A DNA stretch of 63,826 nt, the filler included, from Octopus bimaculoides (taxonomy: Eukaryota), in assembly GCF_001194135.2 (NCBI RefSeq). It is 6 parts of 6 records of this genome, joined end to end, with 100 filler letters (N's around TTAATTAATTAA, not from the genome) between each part and the next. Parts side by side here need not be neighbours in the genome. Positions count along the whole stretch, not along the records: positions 1 to 26,570 come from NC_068981.1; 5 more parts are not named here. The stretch is one strand, 5' to 3'. The notes under the pieces are model-generated. The model saw nothing but the letters and a program-made list of their open reading frames with translations, was not told the origin of the DNA and did not search any database. The position numbers and the translations under genes are program-made. Shown one piece after another: positions 13,201 through 25,295 of this stretch. The number at the start of each line of letters is the position of its first letter. Positions within the stretch are counted from its first letter, which is position 1.

Positions 13201-14199
13201 CAGTACTATTCTGCTGCTCTTCACCCCCTTTTTTTTTCTAAAGTCAGTCGGTCATCTCCTGCTCTGCTCTACCTACCCCAACTCCTGCATCATTGGTCGT
13301 CCCTCACTCCTTATCCACCCTTCAACCCAACCCAATCTTTACAGTTCTCACCTACTTCTCCTCTCCTCACCCATTCCTCATCTCTCACTCCCCCCACCAC
13401 AACCTCTTTCTACTCTTGGTTCCTCTGTCCTTACTCGTTTCTACTCACCTCATACCGTGAGGGTCCAACCAGCCACCTCATCACCACTATTTGTATTTCT
13501 TCCCAGTTTCACCCCCTACTCTCTTCTAAAATGAGAGAAGGCATGTAACTCCTCTACAACAAGAAACCCCAGTTCTGCTCTGGTCCTTTCCCTCATACTT
13601 TAACTGGTCATCTCCTAGCATAAAAACCACCTCAAAAACACTCACTTTCTATTTGGCATTAGAAAGGGCATTGCGCTGTAGAAATGCTGCCAAAGCAGAC
13701 AATAATATTTTATTAAATACTAATTTCTAACAAAAGCACAAAGCCACACATTAGGTATCTATATATTGGTAAGATTGATAATGTAACAAAAACAATCTGG
13801 GAAAATACAATAACAGACTTGAATATCCCGAGTGACAAAGAAACATGCAAATGTTTAGAAGATTTATCAAGTGTCATAATTACAAATTTCTCTTTTTAAT
13901 TACCTAGACAGCTTAATTTTTTTGTAGTTATTAATCTAGCATCGTAAACAAAACAAAAAAAAACAGAGCGAAAGAAGTTTGTGCAACCAATTCTAAAAGA
14001 ACCTGTTTAGGGAACAATAGCCAACATACACAGAAACTATCTTCCCTTTTGGGAGTTGATAACCATTTCTGTAAGGGGGTTTTGTTTTCCATCTCCAGCT
14101 AAGGATATTCCAATTAATTGAGAATCCTTTTAAGGCATCATTAAGATCACCCCTTAATTATTCACCTGAAAAGGTGTTCTCTTGGACTGTGCCAGACAA

Positions 14200-14720
14200 A
14201 ATGCTCAATCGACTTAACCCCTTCCCCAAAATTTCAGGCCTTGTGCCTCTATAGTAGAAAGGATTATTATTAAGGTGGCAAGCTGACAGAACCATTAGCA
14301 TGCTGGATGGAGTGCGTAGCGATATTTCGCCTATCGCTACGTTCTGAGTTCAAATTCTACCGCGGTCGACTTCACCTTTCATCCGTTCAGGGTCGATCGA
14401 TAAATTAAGTACCAGTAAAACACTGGGGGCAATGTAATCGACTAGTCCCCCCACCACATTTCAGGCCTTGTGCTTATAGCAGAAAGGATTGTTGTTATTA
14501 TTATTATAAAGGCAGTGAGCTGGCAGGATCATTAGCACACCGGGCAAATGCTTAGCAGCATTAAGTCCATCTTAACATTCTGAGTTCAAATTCCACCGAG
14601 GTCAGCTTTACCCTTCATCCTTTCAGGGTCAATAAATTATGTCCCCTCCCCCAAAATTTTAGGCCTTGTGTCTTTAGTAGAATGGATCATCATCATTATT
14701 ATTATTATTATTATTATTAT
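14200..14720 (+). mobile_element. Head-to-tail array of tRNA-derived SINE family B (one tail plus two copies)
   Basis: Head GGCGGCGAGCTGGCAGAA-like, B-box GTTCTGAGTTCAAATTC, body GGGTCGAT..AAATTAAGTACCAG, tail TTTCAGGCCTTGTGC...AGAAAGGATT(ATT)n. Copies start at ~14272 and ~14508. Confidence 0.85.
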
Positions 14721-15194
14721 AAAAAAAAAACACTTGAGAACATAGCAGAAAAGAATTGAATTTAGTAGGGAAAAAATAAAATAATACAAATAGATGAAAA
14801 TAGAGCATAAAACAGAGAAAAATGTAATAAATCTTGATAAGGCCTGACGGGGGGGGGGCTGTCAGTGAGTAGACAAGATGGAAGAGTGAGCCAAGAAAGA
14901 AAGAAAGAAAGAGCTGAGACAAAATGTCTCCACTGATGGAACAATATTTACTCACAGAATAACAAATATTTTACAACTACACATAAAATGCAGCCAGATA
15001 TGAACTGAGTTATTGCATAAAATGGTGAATTTTGTTGCCAACTTTAAACACACAATTCTCAAATTAAAAGACAATGGAAAATATAGATTACTCCTGACTT
15101 CATATTTCTGCAGGAATCTGCAAAAATACTGAAGACCAAAACACAAAATATTAGTAGAGTCTTCTGGGTTATTAAAGAAATCATTTCTGCTTCA

Positions 15195-15396
15195 TATTTT
15201 GGCACAAGGCCAGCAATTTCGGATGAGGGGGTAAGTCGATTACTTTGACCCCTGTACTCAGCTGGTACTTATCAACTCCAAAAGGATGAAAAGCAAAGTC
15301 AACCGTGGTGGAATTTGAACTCAGAACATAAAGATGGCCAAAATGCCACAAAGCATTTTGCCTGGCATGCTAATGATTCTGCCAGCTCATTACCTT
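15195..15396 (-). mobile_element. SINE family B
   Basis: Reverse complement of the 14272/14508 copies. Confidence 0.85.
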
Positions 15397-15409
15397 AATA
15401 AAGAAATCA

Positions 15410-15990
15410 TCATCATCATTATTATTATTTAATGTCCATTTTCCCTGCTGGCATGGGTTGGACAGTTTGACTGAAAACTGGTAAGCTGGGGAGCTGCACC
15501 AGGTTCCAGTCTGATTTGGCATAGTTTCTACAGCTGGATGCTCTTCTTAATGCCAACCTCTCCAAGAGTGTAGTGGGTGCTTTTTACGTGCCACCGGCAT
15601 GGGAGCCAGTCAGGCGGCACTGGCATTGACCATGTTTGGATGGTGCTTTTTACGTGCCACCGGCACAGGAGCCAGTCAGGGGGCACTGGCACTGACCACA
15701 TTTGGATGGTGCTTTTTACATGCCACTGGTACGGGGAGCCCGTCAGGTGGCCTTGGCATCGGCCACAACAACAATTTCCATTTCGATCTTGATTTACTTT
15801 TGATTTTTTTTATACTTTACCTGACTCAATAGGTCTTCTCAAGTGCAGCGTATCGCCCTGTGATTCAAGGGTACTTTTAAAGTGGGCTGGTTATGTGGCA
15901 CTGGTATGGGCTACGGCTGTGATCTCACTTTACTTGCCGGGTCTTCTTAATCACTGCATATCTCCAAAGGTCTCAGTCTCTTATCATCAT
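15410..15990 (-). mobile_element. RTE 3'-UTR-derived element with 66-bp tandem units and (ATG)n tail
   Basis: Tail GGAAAATGGACATTAAA+(ATG)n. GGTGCTTTTTAC recurs at 15576, 15642 and 15708. Homologous to 21230-21922. Confidence 0.85.
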
Positions 15991-16011
15991 TATTTACTTA
16001 CGTTAATTTTA

Positions 16012-16228
16012 TTTTAGCCCTTTAGCCCTTTATCTGGCCCAAATATTCTACCTTATTTTATGTTCAAACCAATCAGATCTGACCTCTCAAGCATACACTA
16101 CGATGTCATTCTAAAAACAAACAAATAAAATAAATCTCAAAGTTATGAGGTAATACCTGATTAATTCAGAACAACATGAATAAATATTCATTACATTTGT
16201 CAGATTAATCTGAATGCTAATGGGTTAA
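16012..16228. mobile_element. piggyBac-like MITE, second family
   Basis: CCCTTTA...TCTGGCCCAAATATTCTACC...AATGCTAATGGGTTAA. Homologous to 20272-20652 and to the element split by the Gypsy insertion. Confidence 0.6.
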
Positions 16229-18478
16229 TGCACCAATTTTTAGTGCATTTAACTAGCATTTCTAATTTACCTTCTACACTACTCTCTCCCTCTCCCTCTC
16301 TCTCTCTCTCTCTCTAAAATCACAGTTAAATAATTATTTTCCATCTCGTACACCTTAGATAACATCTAATGCAACTTTCCAACCAGAATTTATACTTAAA
16401 CTTTGCAAGACATTTTATTGGGGTTTCTTTAATCAATCATTTTTTTATACTTCGACAATATATTTTACTCACCACTAAATGCTTTCCTCAATGGAATTTT
16501 GTGTTGATTTGTTGATTGATCAGGTATCCAAATACCCATTTTGTCATTTTTTTAAATTTTTTTTTTTTTTTTTTTAGTTTTCCATAATTATTCTTTTAGT
16601 CTTTTCCAATCTATAAAATCTGAAATATTTGTCAAACCATTTCTATTCAAACCATTACTGCTTCACTTGTAGTGTGGCTGGTGGTTTCCACTTGGCAACA
16701 TCCATAACCTACTTTTCCCAGACTCCTTTAGGAAAAGGTTCAATCAAATATTCTTTACACACTAAAAAAAAAAAATTCCTTCTCTAACTAAAACATTCCC
16801 TTCTCCAATTCATACCAACCCATTTTTACCAATCCTTCTGAGTTCAGTACAGTCCATTAACATTAAGGATAGAATATCCAACATGCTGTTACTTTCGTCT
16901 CTTTAAATGTAGATTTTTGCCTTAAAAAAATTTTTTTAAAGAAAGAGAAAAATAAAACAATCTCAAAAATTCTCAAAGGTCAAATGAAGGGTATTTATTC
17001 TACTCTTTCAACTTAGTCAAATTCTTCAGTGGTTCTTCACTTTTATTTCTTTTCAAACAACATTTATTCAAGTTAAGATTCAACAATATTCACTCAAATC
17101 ACGAGAAAGCCTTGGCATAAACACTCAACCTGCTAGAAATAGCAACCAAATTCACTATCTTAAAAGGGAGAGACACATTGGATAATGAGGTGGTGGATGC
17201 ATTCTGTATGGGGGGAATACGAGACAGTTAAGACTTTAATACCCTTGATCATAAACCTGCTTAATCAGGGCTGATCTGAAGTTAAAAAACAACAATCATT
17301 GATAATTATTGATATTACTCTCATATCTAATATGGTGCTGCTCACATAGACATCCCAAAAAAGTGCCACCGAACTGATTAGTATGAAGTCCCTAGAGACA
17401 TGCTGCAGCACTGTCTCCTCTCTTGGCTTTTTGTATCACTACTGTAATAACCTCTGCTCCCCTGAGTTGGGTCCATTCATGCTGCCTCCACTCGGGTATT
17501 CCTTCCCGGTCACCCCTCCTGCTTTTATTCCCTTTGTTGTATCCTAGGCCACTGGCACTGCACAAATTACTATATCTAATTTTTCCCACCTAGAATGTCA
17601 GCCTTCTGGAATGTCCTTGTGGCTGCTGACTTACAAAAGGTTCGACATTAATGACATCAACCTTTGCTATGCAAGCGGGGGCCGTGGAAAACTATGGGCA
17701 CTACCCCTTCCTCCAGAACCAACAAGTAAAAAAAAAAAGAGAGAAAAGGCCAGTTGCAATCATCTCATTCACCCTGTTACCCAAACAATATTTCCAGTGA
17801 TTAATCCCTAGTTATCTCCCTCCTTTCTCATACAGATTTAAAGATTATAACTTTCCATTAACAAGAAAAGAAAATATTTCAGAGACTAATGACAATAAGT
17901 ATTCTCAGTAAAAACACAAATCGAGAAAAATGTCAGATAATTAAATAAGTTTTTATTCAACATTTCAAACACATAATAATAGTAGAATATTTCTGAATAA
18001 TTAGATTTGAATACAATATATTTTTAGGCCAAAGCAACTTTGTAGAATCAATTTTAAAAAGAATTTATACGACGATCAATGAAGAGAAAATAAAACAAAG
18101 CATGAAAGAATAAAGTTATTGATTGGAAAGAAAGTCAATAAGATCTGATCAGCAATTGGCAAAGTAGAAACTGTAATTCACTAAATATATATATATGCAT
18201 ACATACATATTACAAACACATATACACACATGTATATGCATATACACAAACATTCATATTTATGTATACATCTATATACATACATATATAAATATATACA
18301 CACACATATAATGACTTATTTCTTCTTTTTAAAACGAAATCTATTCAAGTTCTTTATTTTCTCCATCTAAACAATCAGGGGGGAATTACTTACACAATGT
18401 TAAAACAATTTTGGCAGCTTACACAAAGGTTCATTTCTTTATGCGCTCTTTATCAATTTATAAAAGCACATATCCCAG

Positions 18479-18537
<59 letters not shown>

Positions 18538-18753
18538 NNNNNNNNNNNNNNNNNNNNNNNNNNNNNNNNNNNNNNNNNNNNNNNNNNNNNNNNNNNNNNN
18601 NNNNNNNNNNNNNNNNNNNNNNNNNNNNNNNNNNNNNNNNNNNNNNNNNNNNNNNNNNNNNNNNNNNNNNNNNNNNNNNNNNNNNNNNNNNNNNNNNNNN
18701 NNNNNNNNNNNNNNNNNNNNNNNNNNNNNNNNNNNNNNNNNNNNNNNNNNNNN

Positions 18754-18786
<33 letters not shown>

Positions 18787-18787
18787 A

Positions 18788-18844
<57 letters not shown>

Positions 18845-19220
18845 ACCATCCTACTTCATATCACAAAATGTGTCCACATATAGTCAGATAAAAGCAAACT
18901 TTATGTTCAATATAGCCCATTATATTAAAATGCCATGTCTAATAACCTGCTACAATATTACTGTTTGACTTGCATCAGCTGGCCAACTGATTGTATTGGT
19001 TTCAGTACCAAACCATCTGAGATAACCTATAAATTTCTTTGATATAGAAAAGCAAATGACCTAATTTGAAGTTTACCTATTTAAATTTAAATCTTGCATC
19101 ATAATTTTATACATAAACCTTTTGTTAAATTATATTCCAATACAAGCTAAATATACAGATTAATGAAAAGTTATTTTTATAAATCTCAAATTTTTAATTG
19201 TTTTCAAAATTAATTGAAAC

Positions 19221-19378
19221 CTGAGCAGTCATATCTCATTAGATGTACAATCCCTTCAAGGACTGTACTTCTACGATGTAATTGCCCGTGTTTCAACAGC
19301 ACAGAGAACAATATTGGTAAAATTGAAACAAACAAACCAACTAGACAGAGGTTCACTTGTACAGGTTCTGAGCAACAA
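19221..19378 (-). CDS. Candidate coding exon (CCSEPVQVNLCLVGLFVSILPILFSVLL...HLMRYDCS); strand ambiguous
   Basis: Acceptor TTTATTGCTGTCTCTCTTTGACAG|, donor CAG|GTTTCA, 158 nt open. Two plus-strand frames are also open across this segment, so the assignment is uncertain. Confidence 0.25.
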
Positions 19379-19459
19379 CTGTCAAAGAGAGACAGCAATA
19401 AAATCAGCCAAATTATTAATAATTCCCAATATCTTTAGAAAAACCTTTAACACAAAATA

Positions 19460-19776
19460 AAACGTCGCCCTTTCAAAGCCTAGCCAGGCTCATGGGCCCG
19501 GTTTCCCGGTTTCTATGGCGTATGTGTTCACCCCCCCCCCTCCAGCTGGACGGGACGCCAGTCCATCGCAGCATTACTCAAGAAACAGGAAGAAAGAGTG
19601 AGAGAAAGTTGGGGCGAAAGAGTACAACAGGGGTTGCCACCACCCCCTGCCGGAGCCTCGTGGAGCTTAGGTGTTTCACTCAATAAACACACACAACGCT
19701 CGGTCTGGGAATCGAAACCGCGACCCTCCGAACCGCGAGTCCGCTGCCCTAACCACTGGGCCATTGCGCCTCCACT
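19460..19776 (-). mobile_element. Young tRNA(Arg-like) SINE, family C, with 14-bp TSD
   Basis: TSD TTTAACACAAAATA at 19446-19459 and 19777-19790. A-box TGGCCCAGTGG, B-box GGTTTCGATTCC; CpGs intact. Confidence 0.92.
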
Positions 19777-19924
19777 TTTAACACAAAATACATACGAGAA
19801 ATCCTTAAGCTCACTTGGAGTGACCACTTCCCTCCATGAGACTCAATTACAAGCACTGCAGCTACGTACTCTTAATTTTGTACTGAACAGAACATGTGTA
19901 CATTATGTGACACAAACCACATAC

Positions 19925-19983
19925 TTTAGGATAGTAAAGTGGTTAATATTGGCCCCAGAAAGGTGGGAGGAGGGTCTATGTTG
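19925..19983 (-). other. Candidate 59-nt exon preceded by a 101-nt intron-like segment (19984-20084)
   Basis: GTGAGT donor at 20084, acceptor TGTTTGTTGACCCTTTGTATAG| at 19984, downstream donor AAA|GTATGT. Open from phase 0 to phase 2, compatible with 19221-19378. Confidence 0.3.
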
Positions 19984-20271
19984 CTATACAAAGGGTCAAC
20001 AAACACATGAAACAATTTTGAGCATTTAGGGTGCTGAATCATTAACAAACTGGATCTATAACAGTGTTTAATGATTAAACTCACTAATTTCCAGCCAAAT
20101 ATTGATGCAATCGTATTCACCAAACATATATTTCGTATTAAATATTCCAACCGTATTAATGTAATATAACTGGATTTTTATAGTTCTTTATCAATTTATT
20201 TTCTTTACATTTATTTGGCACAAAGGAATGAAGAATTATCGTTTTTAAATCCAGAAATTTTTTTTACCTAT

Positions 20272-20652
20272 TAACATCTAAACCATCCAGCCCTAATATT
20301 CTACTTGTTTTATGTTGAAAACAGGCCAGGTCTGGCCTCTCACACCAACCCTACAGCGTCATTCACAAAAAATAAACTCTCACATCATTGAAATCTTGAA
20401 GCTGCAACATGCATAACTAACTCAAAACGATGTGAATACTAAAGGGTTAAACCAGCCAGATCTGGCCCAAATATTCTACCTGTTTTCTGTTCAAACTGAC
20501 CAGATCCAGCTTCTCACACCTATTCTACAATATCATTCTAAAAATAAACAATTACATCATCAAAGTCTTGAAACAACAAGATAATGCATTATTAATTGAA
20601 AACAATAAGAATAAATACATTTGACAGAGCAATCAAAATGTTAATGGTTTAA
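20272..20652. mobile_element. Two adjacent copies of the piggyBac-like MITE
   Basis: Same internal sequence (AAATATTCTACCTG...TTCTAAAAATAAAC...GATAATGCAT) occurs twice, joined at CTAAAGGGTTAA (~20449). Confidence 0.65.
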
Positions 20653-20975
20653 TAATTATACTTCTAAATTATGTTTTAAAAATTTACATAATGGGACTGA
20701 CAAGTCATCAATGGTTCCACGAAGGTGAATTGACCCCCTGCTTTAGGATGCAAATCCAATATTTCCACTACAAGAGTCAGACATCAATATTTACTAAATG
20801 ACATGGCACCGGCCAAAAGAGGAACACTGGCTTTGAACCTTATACAGCTATATACTGCAAGTCAATGAGCAAATCTCTAAGCAGTCACGCAACCTTCCAG
20901 AGAAAGTAGCTAAATCACCTTCAAATTATATCCTACTATCTTTTAAAAGGAGACATGAGATAATGTAATCCAAAA

Positions 20976-21922
20976 CATCAGATGTGGTGTGCAAGAGAAG
21001 TGACTGTGCTGGTATGGTCATGTGTTGCATATGGACGAAGACAGCTGTGTGAAAAAGTGTCACACCCTAACAGTGGATGGAACCTGTGGAAGAGGTAGAC
21101 CCAGGAAGACCTGGGATGAGGTGTTGAAGCATGACCTTTGAACATTGGGCCTCATGGAGGCAATGACAAGTGACCAAGACCTTTGGAGATATGCTGTGCT
21201 TGAGAAGACCAGGCAAGCTAAGTGAGACTGTGGCATTGGCCTATGCCAGTGTCGCATAACAGGCCCATTTAAGAGTACCCTTCAATCATTGGGCAATATA
21301 CTGTGCTTGAGTTCAAACACTGGGTCTCACAGAGGCAATAATGGGAGACTGGGACCTTTGGAGATATGCTGTGATTGAGAAGACCCGGCAACTAAAGTGA
21401 GATTGCAGCCACACATGTCCGGCCCTGTTAAAAATACCCCTGATGCATCAGGTAATATGATATGCTTGAGAAGACCTGTTAAGTCAAGTAAATCCAATAT
21501 CGTAGCTGTGGCCAGTGCCCCCTGACTGGCTCCCATGCCAGTGGCATGTAAAAAGCACCATCCAAATGTGGTTGATGCCAGGTCCACCTGACTGGCTCCT
21601 GTGCCAGTGGCACATAAAAAGCACCAACCGATCATGGGCGATGCCAGTACCCCTTGACTGGCTCTTGTGCCAGTAGCATGTAAAAAGCACCGTCTGAATG
21701 TGATCAATGCCAGGCCCGCTTGACTGGCTCCTGTGCCGGTGGGACGTACAAAGTACTCACTACACTCTGAGAGTGGTTGGCGTTAGGAAGGGCATCCAGC
21801 TGTAGAAACCTTGCCAGATCAGATTGGAGCCTGGTGCAGCCTCCTGGTTTTCCAGGCCTCAGTCAAACCATCCAACCCATGCCAGTATGGAAAGCAGACA
21901 TTAAACAATGATGATGATTATG
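20976..21922 (+). mobile_element. RTE LINE 3' end: RT C-terminus, 3' UTR with 66-bp repeats, (ATG)n tail
   Basis: Translates ..WYGHV..MDEDSCVKKCHTLTVDGTCGRGRPRKTWDEVLKHDL..WRYAVLEKTRQAK*. Repeat units start at 21541, 21607, 21673 and 21739. Confidence 0.9.
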
Positions 21923-21951
21923 AAGGTTGACTATTGCTGGAAAAGTACCTC

Positions 21952-22020
<69 letters not shown>

Positions 22021-22194
22021 CACAATCAAAGAAATTTGAAATTTTGGCAGTTAAATTGACAGAGGAATGTCATGAAAGAGTTCTGAAAATGAAAACAAAC
22101 AGGAAAAAATTGATTCTTCAACAACTTGTCAACAGATGGCATTGACATCTCTCGATAAAACAAACATTAGAACAGATCCCACCTTTGCTTGTTT

Positions 22195-22241
<47 letters not shown>

Positions 22242-22879
22242 AATAAAACAGACAGACCCTCAAATTGTGCTTAGAACTGTGTTTTTAAAACTAATGGGAA
22301 AATAAATTATTAGCAAAGCCTTTCGCTAAATTTGCACACAGGCAGAATAAAATATTTGTTTACAAAAATGACAAAATTTTATATACGGAAAGCAGACATT
22401 AAACAATGATGATGATGATGATGTATATCAAACTTTAAAAAATACAAGTGAAATATGCTTAAGATACATGGCTTAGTCACAGAAGAAAGAAAATGAGATA
22501 AAACAAACCTTTTAATTGATTTTTTTTTTTTTGTTATTGTCTTGAAAAAAAAAAAAACCAATAGGGTCAATCTGTCAGCCTATTGTTTTTGATGGTTGAG
22601 AGAAAACAAGACCAATGTCTTTGATAATATATACTTTTCTTTTCTTTGTTCTTGAGATTCTAATATGTTTTACAGAATTTTAAATGATGACATTCTTTTT
22701 GCATCTCATAAATATAATTGTCTTTGTTTAGTGTAGAAACATCAAAAGGCTTCGTTTCCAATAATAGCAAGAAAAAATAAAAACAGTCAACAACTAACAA
22801 ACTCAAAACTATGCTAAATTTTCATAACTTCAGAAAATGGTCATTCAGATTTCTTCTTCAAGTGGCCACAGCTAAAATG

Positions 22880-23210
22880 CATTTCACCATACTGCACTTG
22901 GAATCTCTGTCCCTCACATTAAGCTTTGGTGGGTCACCAGTTCATGTTTTCTGTTTCTACTGATCACACCAATATATTTGAGTAGTCTATATCCTCTATT
23001 AAATTGTGGACATCTGATACAGCCTGTTGTTTGGCATGGTGGCAGTCACCAGCAAAGCCTACCCTACAATAAGCAACAATAGTAGAAACGGGTGGAATGT
23101 TTCCATAAATCTCCCCAGCCTTGAGATGTTCTGAGCAGTCATGAAAAGCTTCGAAGTACATCCTGTGCCCCTGAAGCTTCTTCTCAGTCAGATTTAAGGT
23201 GATCAATATC
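22880..23210 (-). mobile_element. Old RTE/RTE-X-type LINE RT C-terminal relic
   Basis: EIYGNIPPVSTIVAYCRVGFAGDCHHAKQQAVSDV resembles the LINE thumb-region pattern (LYG.LP..S..I..RR.RFAGHC.RAK...ISD). It lacks good splice sites. Confidence 0.65.
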
Positions 23211-24584
23211 TAATATAGATCTGCATTTACAATCATTCTTAATCCAAATAATGCTATACAGTTCATAAAATCTTTTACAATCACAAGAAACCACATCTTC
23301 AATTCCAGCCATACAAAAACAAACCAAAACCTTGATTTCACAAGAACAAACTAAATCATACCATCACAAACTCACTACAGTAGGGGGTTCCCAAATTGGT
23401 GTGTCCACACCCATTGAGGGCATAAGATGAAATTTCATGAGCTGAGACAAAGATGGAAAGTATATATTTTATTCAAATTGCTTTTCAGAATAAAATAACT
23501 CTTAAAAGAATAGCAAGAAATCAAATTATTCTACATATATGGAGCTGACTCGTAGATTATGACCAAGAACTGTGTCCTGCTTTCATTTGGAATGAGACAC
23601 TTGTGAGAATCTGGATTCGGTTCCCTTTTGTTGAGACAAAATCTAAGAATTTATTAAAAATGCAGTGGAGAGTGAGTAGGTGATAATTCCAGATATGTTC
23701 AAGTCTTATTAAACCTCCTCAGCAAAACAATCTTAAGATGAAAGGGTTTTAATGAATAACCACTGATTGGTATGACGGGGAGAATTGTTCAGTCATCTAA
23801 TTAACTGATTAGAGTTAATTATATTAATTGAACAAGGTTAGTTAATCTAGTATTTTTATACAAACTACAGGCAACTACATATGAGAAATAAGACGATTGT
23901 TAACAAAACCTAATCCTCAAAATAACTAAATCCTTTAATCTAAATCAATCAATTTAATCCTGAGTGTTATTACAAGACTGGATTTACTTTCATTTAGATG
24001 CAATTTCCTTATTTAACGATATAACTATAACAAATTTAAGATAATTATTTTAACACTGTAAACCTATGCAAGTTACAAAACTTATGTAAATTACTTTAAA
24101 TTCAATGATATATAAACGTATTTCTTCTCATTGCAAAAGGATTTCAGGACTAAGAACTTATAAAGGAAGAACACCACATAAATAACTGCTTTTTTAACTT
24201 GTTTTATGAAAATAGAACTAAAATTATGGAAGACATTATACAGTGGATGGATTAATAAACTTACTCTAACATGGAGGTATAAATCATCACCATCATTATC
24301 AGCAGTAATTTAACATCTGCTTTTCCATGCCTACACAGATCAGATGGAATTCATTAGGACATTTTCTACAGCTGGATGCCCTTCCTGTCACAAACCCTCA
24401 TCAAACTGAAGGAAGCTCAGCATGGGCGCAGGCATGGCTGTGTGGTAAGAAACTTGCTTGCCAACCACATGGTTTCGTGTTCAGTCCTACTACATGGCAC
24501 CTTGGGTAAGTGTCTTCTACTATAGCCACAGGCCAACCAAAGCCTTGTGACTGGATTTGCTATACAGAAACTGGAAGAAGCTCG

Positions 24585-24657
<73 letters not shown>

Positions 24658-25067
24658 TATGCTGTAGTGCTCCACTGGCACTGGTGCCAGTCATCATGTA
24701 TGTATGNNNNNNNNNNNNNNNNNNNNNNNNNNNNNNNNNNNNNNNNNNNNNNNNNNNNNNNNNNNNNNNNNNNNNNNNNNNNNNNNNNNNNNNNNNNNNN
24801 NNNNNNNNNNNNNNNNNNNNNNNNNNNNNNNNNNNNNNNNNNNNNNNNNNNNNNNNNNNNNNNNNNNNNNNNNNNNNNNNNNNNNNNNNNNNNNNNNNNN
24901 NNNNNNNNNNNNNNNNNNNNNNNNNNNNNNNNNNNNNNNNNNNNNNNNNNNNNTATATAAATTCTGTTTCCTTGTATTGACAAGACCAATGGTACACTTT
25001 GTTTCCAGTCTTCCATGAAAACATATCCAGCCATGGGGGAAATATTTAAAAAACAATTTTTTAATGT

Positions 25068-25295
25068 CTTTGTTGTCCACAGGGGGCTAAATATAGAGGG
25101 GACAAACAAGGACAGACAAAGGGATTAAGTCGATTATATCGACCCCAGTGTGTAACTGGTACTTAATTTATCGACCCTGAAAGGATGAAAGGCAAAGTTG
25201 ACCTTGGCGGAATTTAAACTCAGAACGTAAAGACAGACGAAATACCGCTAAGCATTTTGCCCAGCATTCTAACGTTTCTGCCAGCTCGCTGCCTT
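25068..25295 (-). mobile_element. SINE family B, alternative-tail subfamily
   Basis: Family B head and body with tail ATCCCTTTGTCTGTCCTTGTTTGTCCCCTCTAT..TTAGCCCC, as in 57411-57625. Confidence 0.88.

Noticed and set aside
7303-19378. Resemblance of candidate exon peptides to MEI1 C-terminus or SLC49-family (FLVCR/DIRC2/MFSD7) last helices
   Set aside because: Only short, low-complexity matches from memory; the two ideas conflict, and fitting either needs frameshifts or missing segments. No gene symbol assigned.
19700-19776. tRNA gene
   Set aside because: The tRNA-like head continues into a SINE body bounded by a TSD, with no acceptor stem or terminator. No true tRNA, rRNA or snRNA gene was seen in the window.
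22964-23206. Protein-like ORF as a host exon
   Set aside because: Poor acceptor context, and it is better explained as a LINE RT C-terminal relic.
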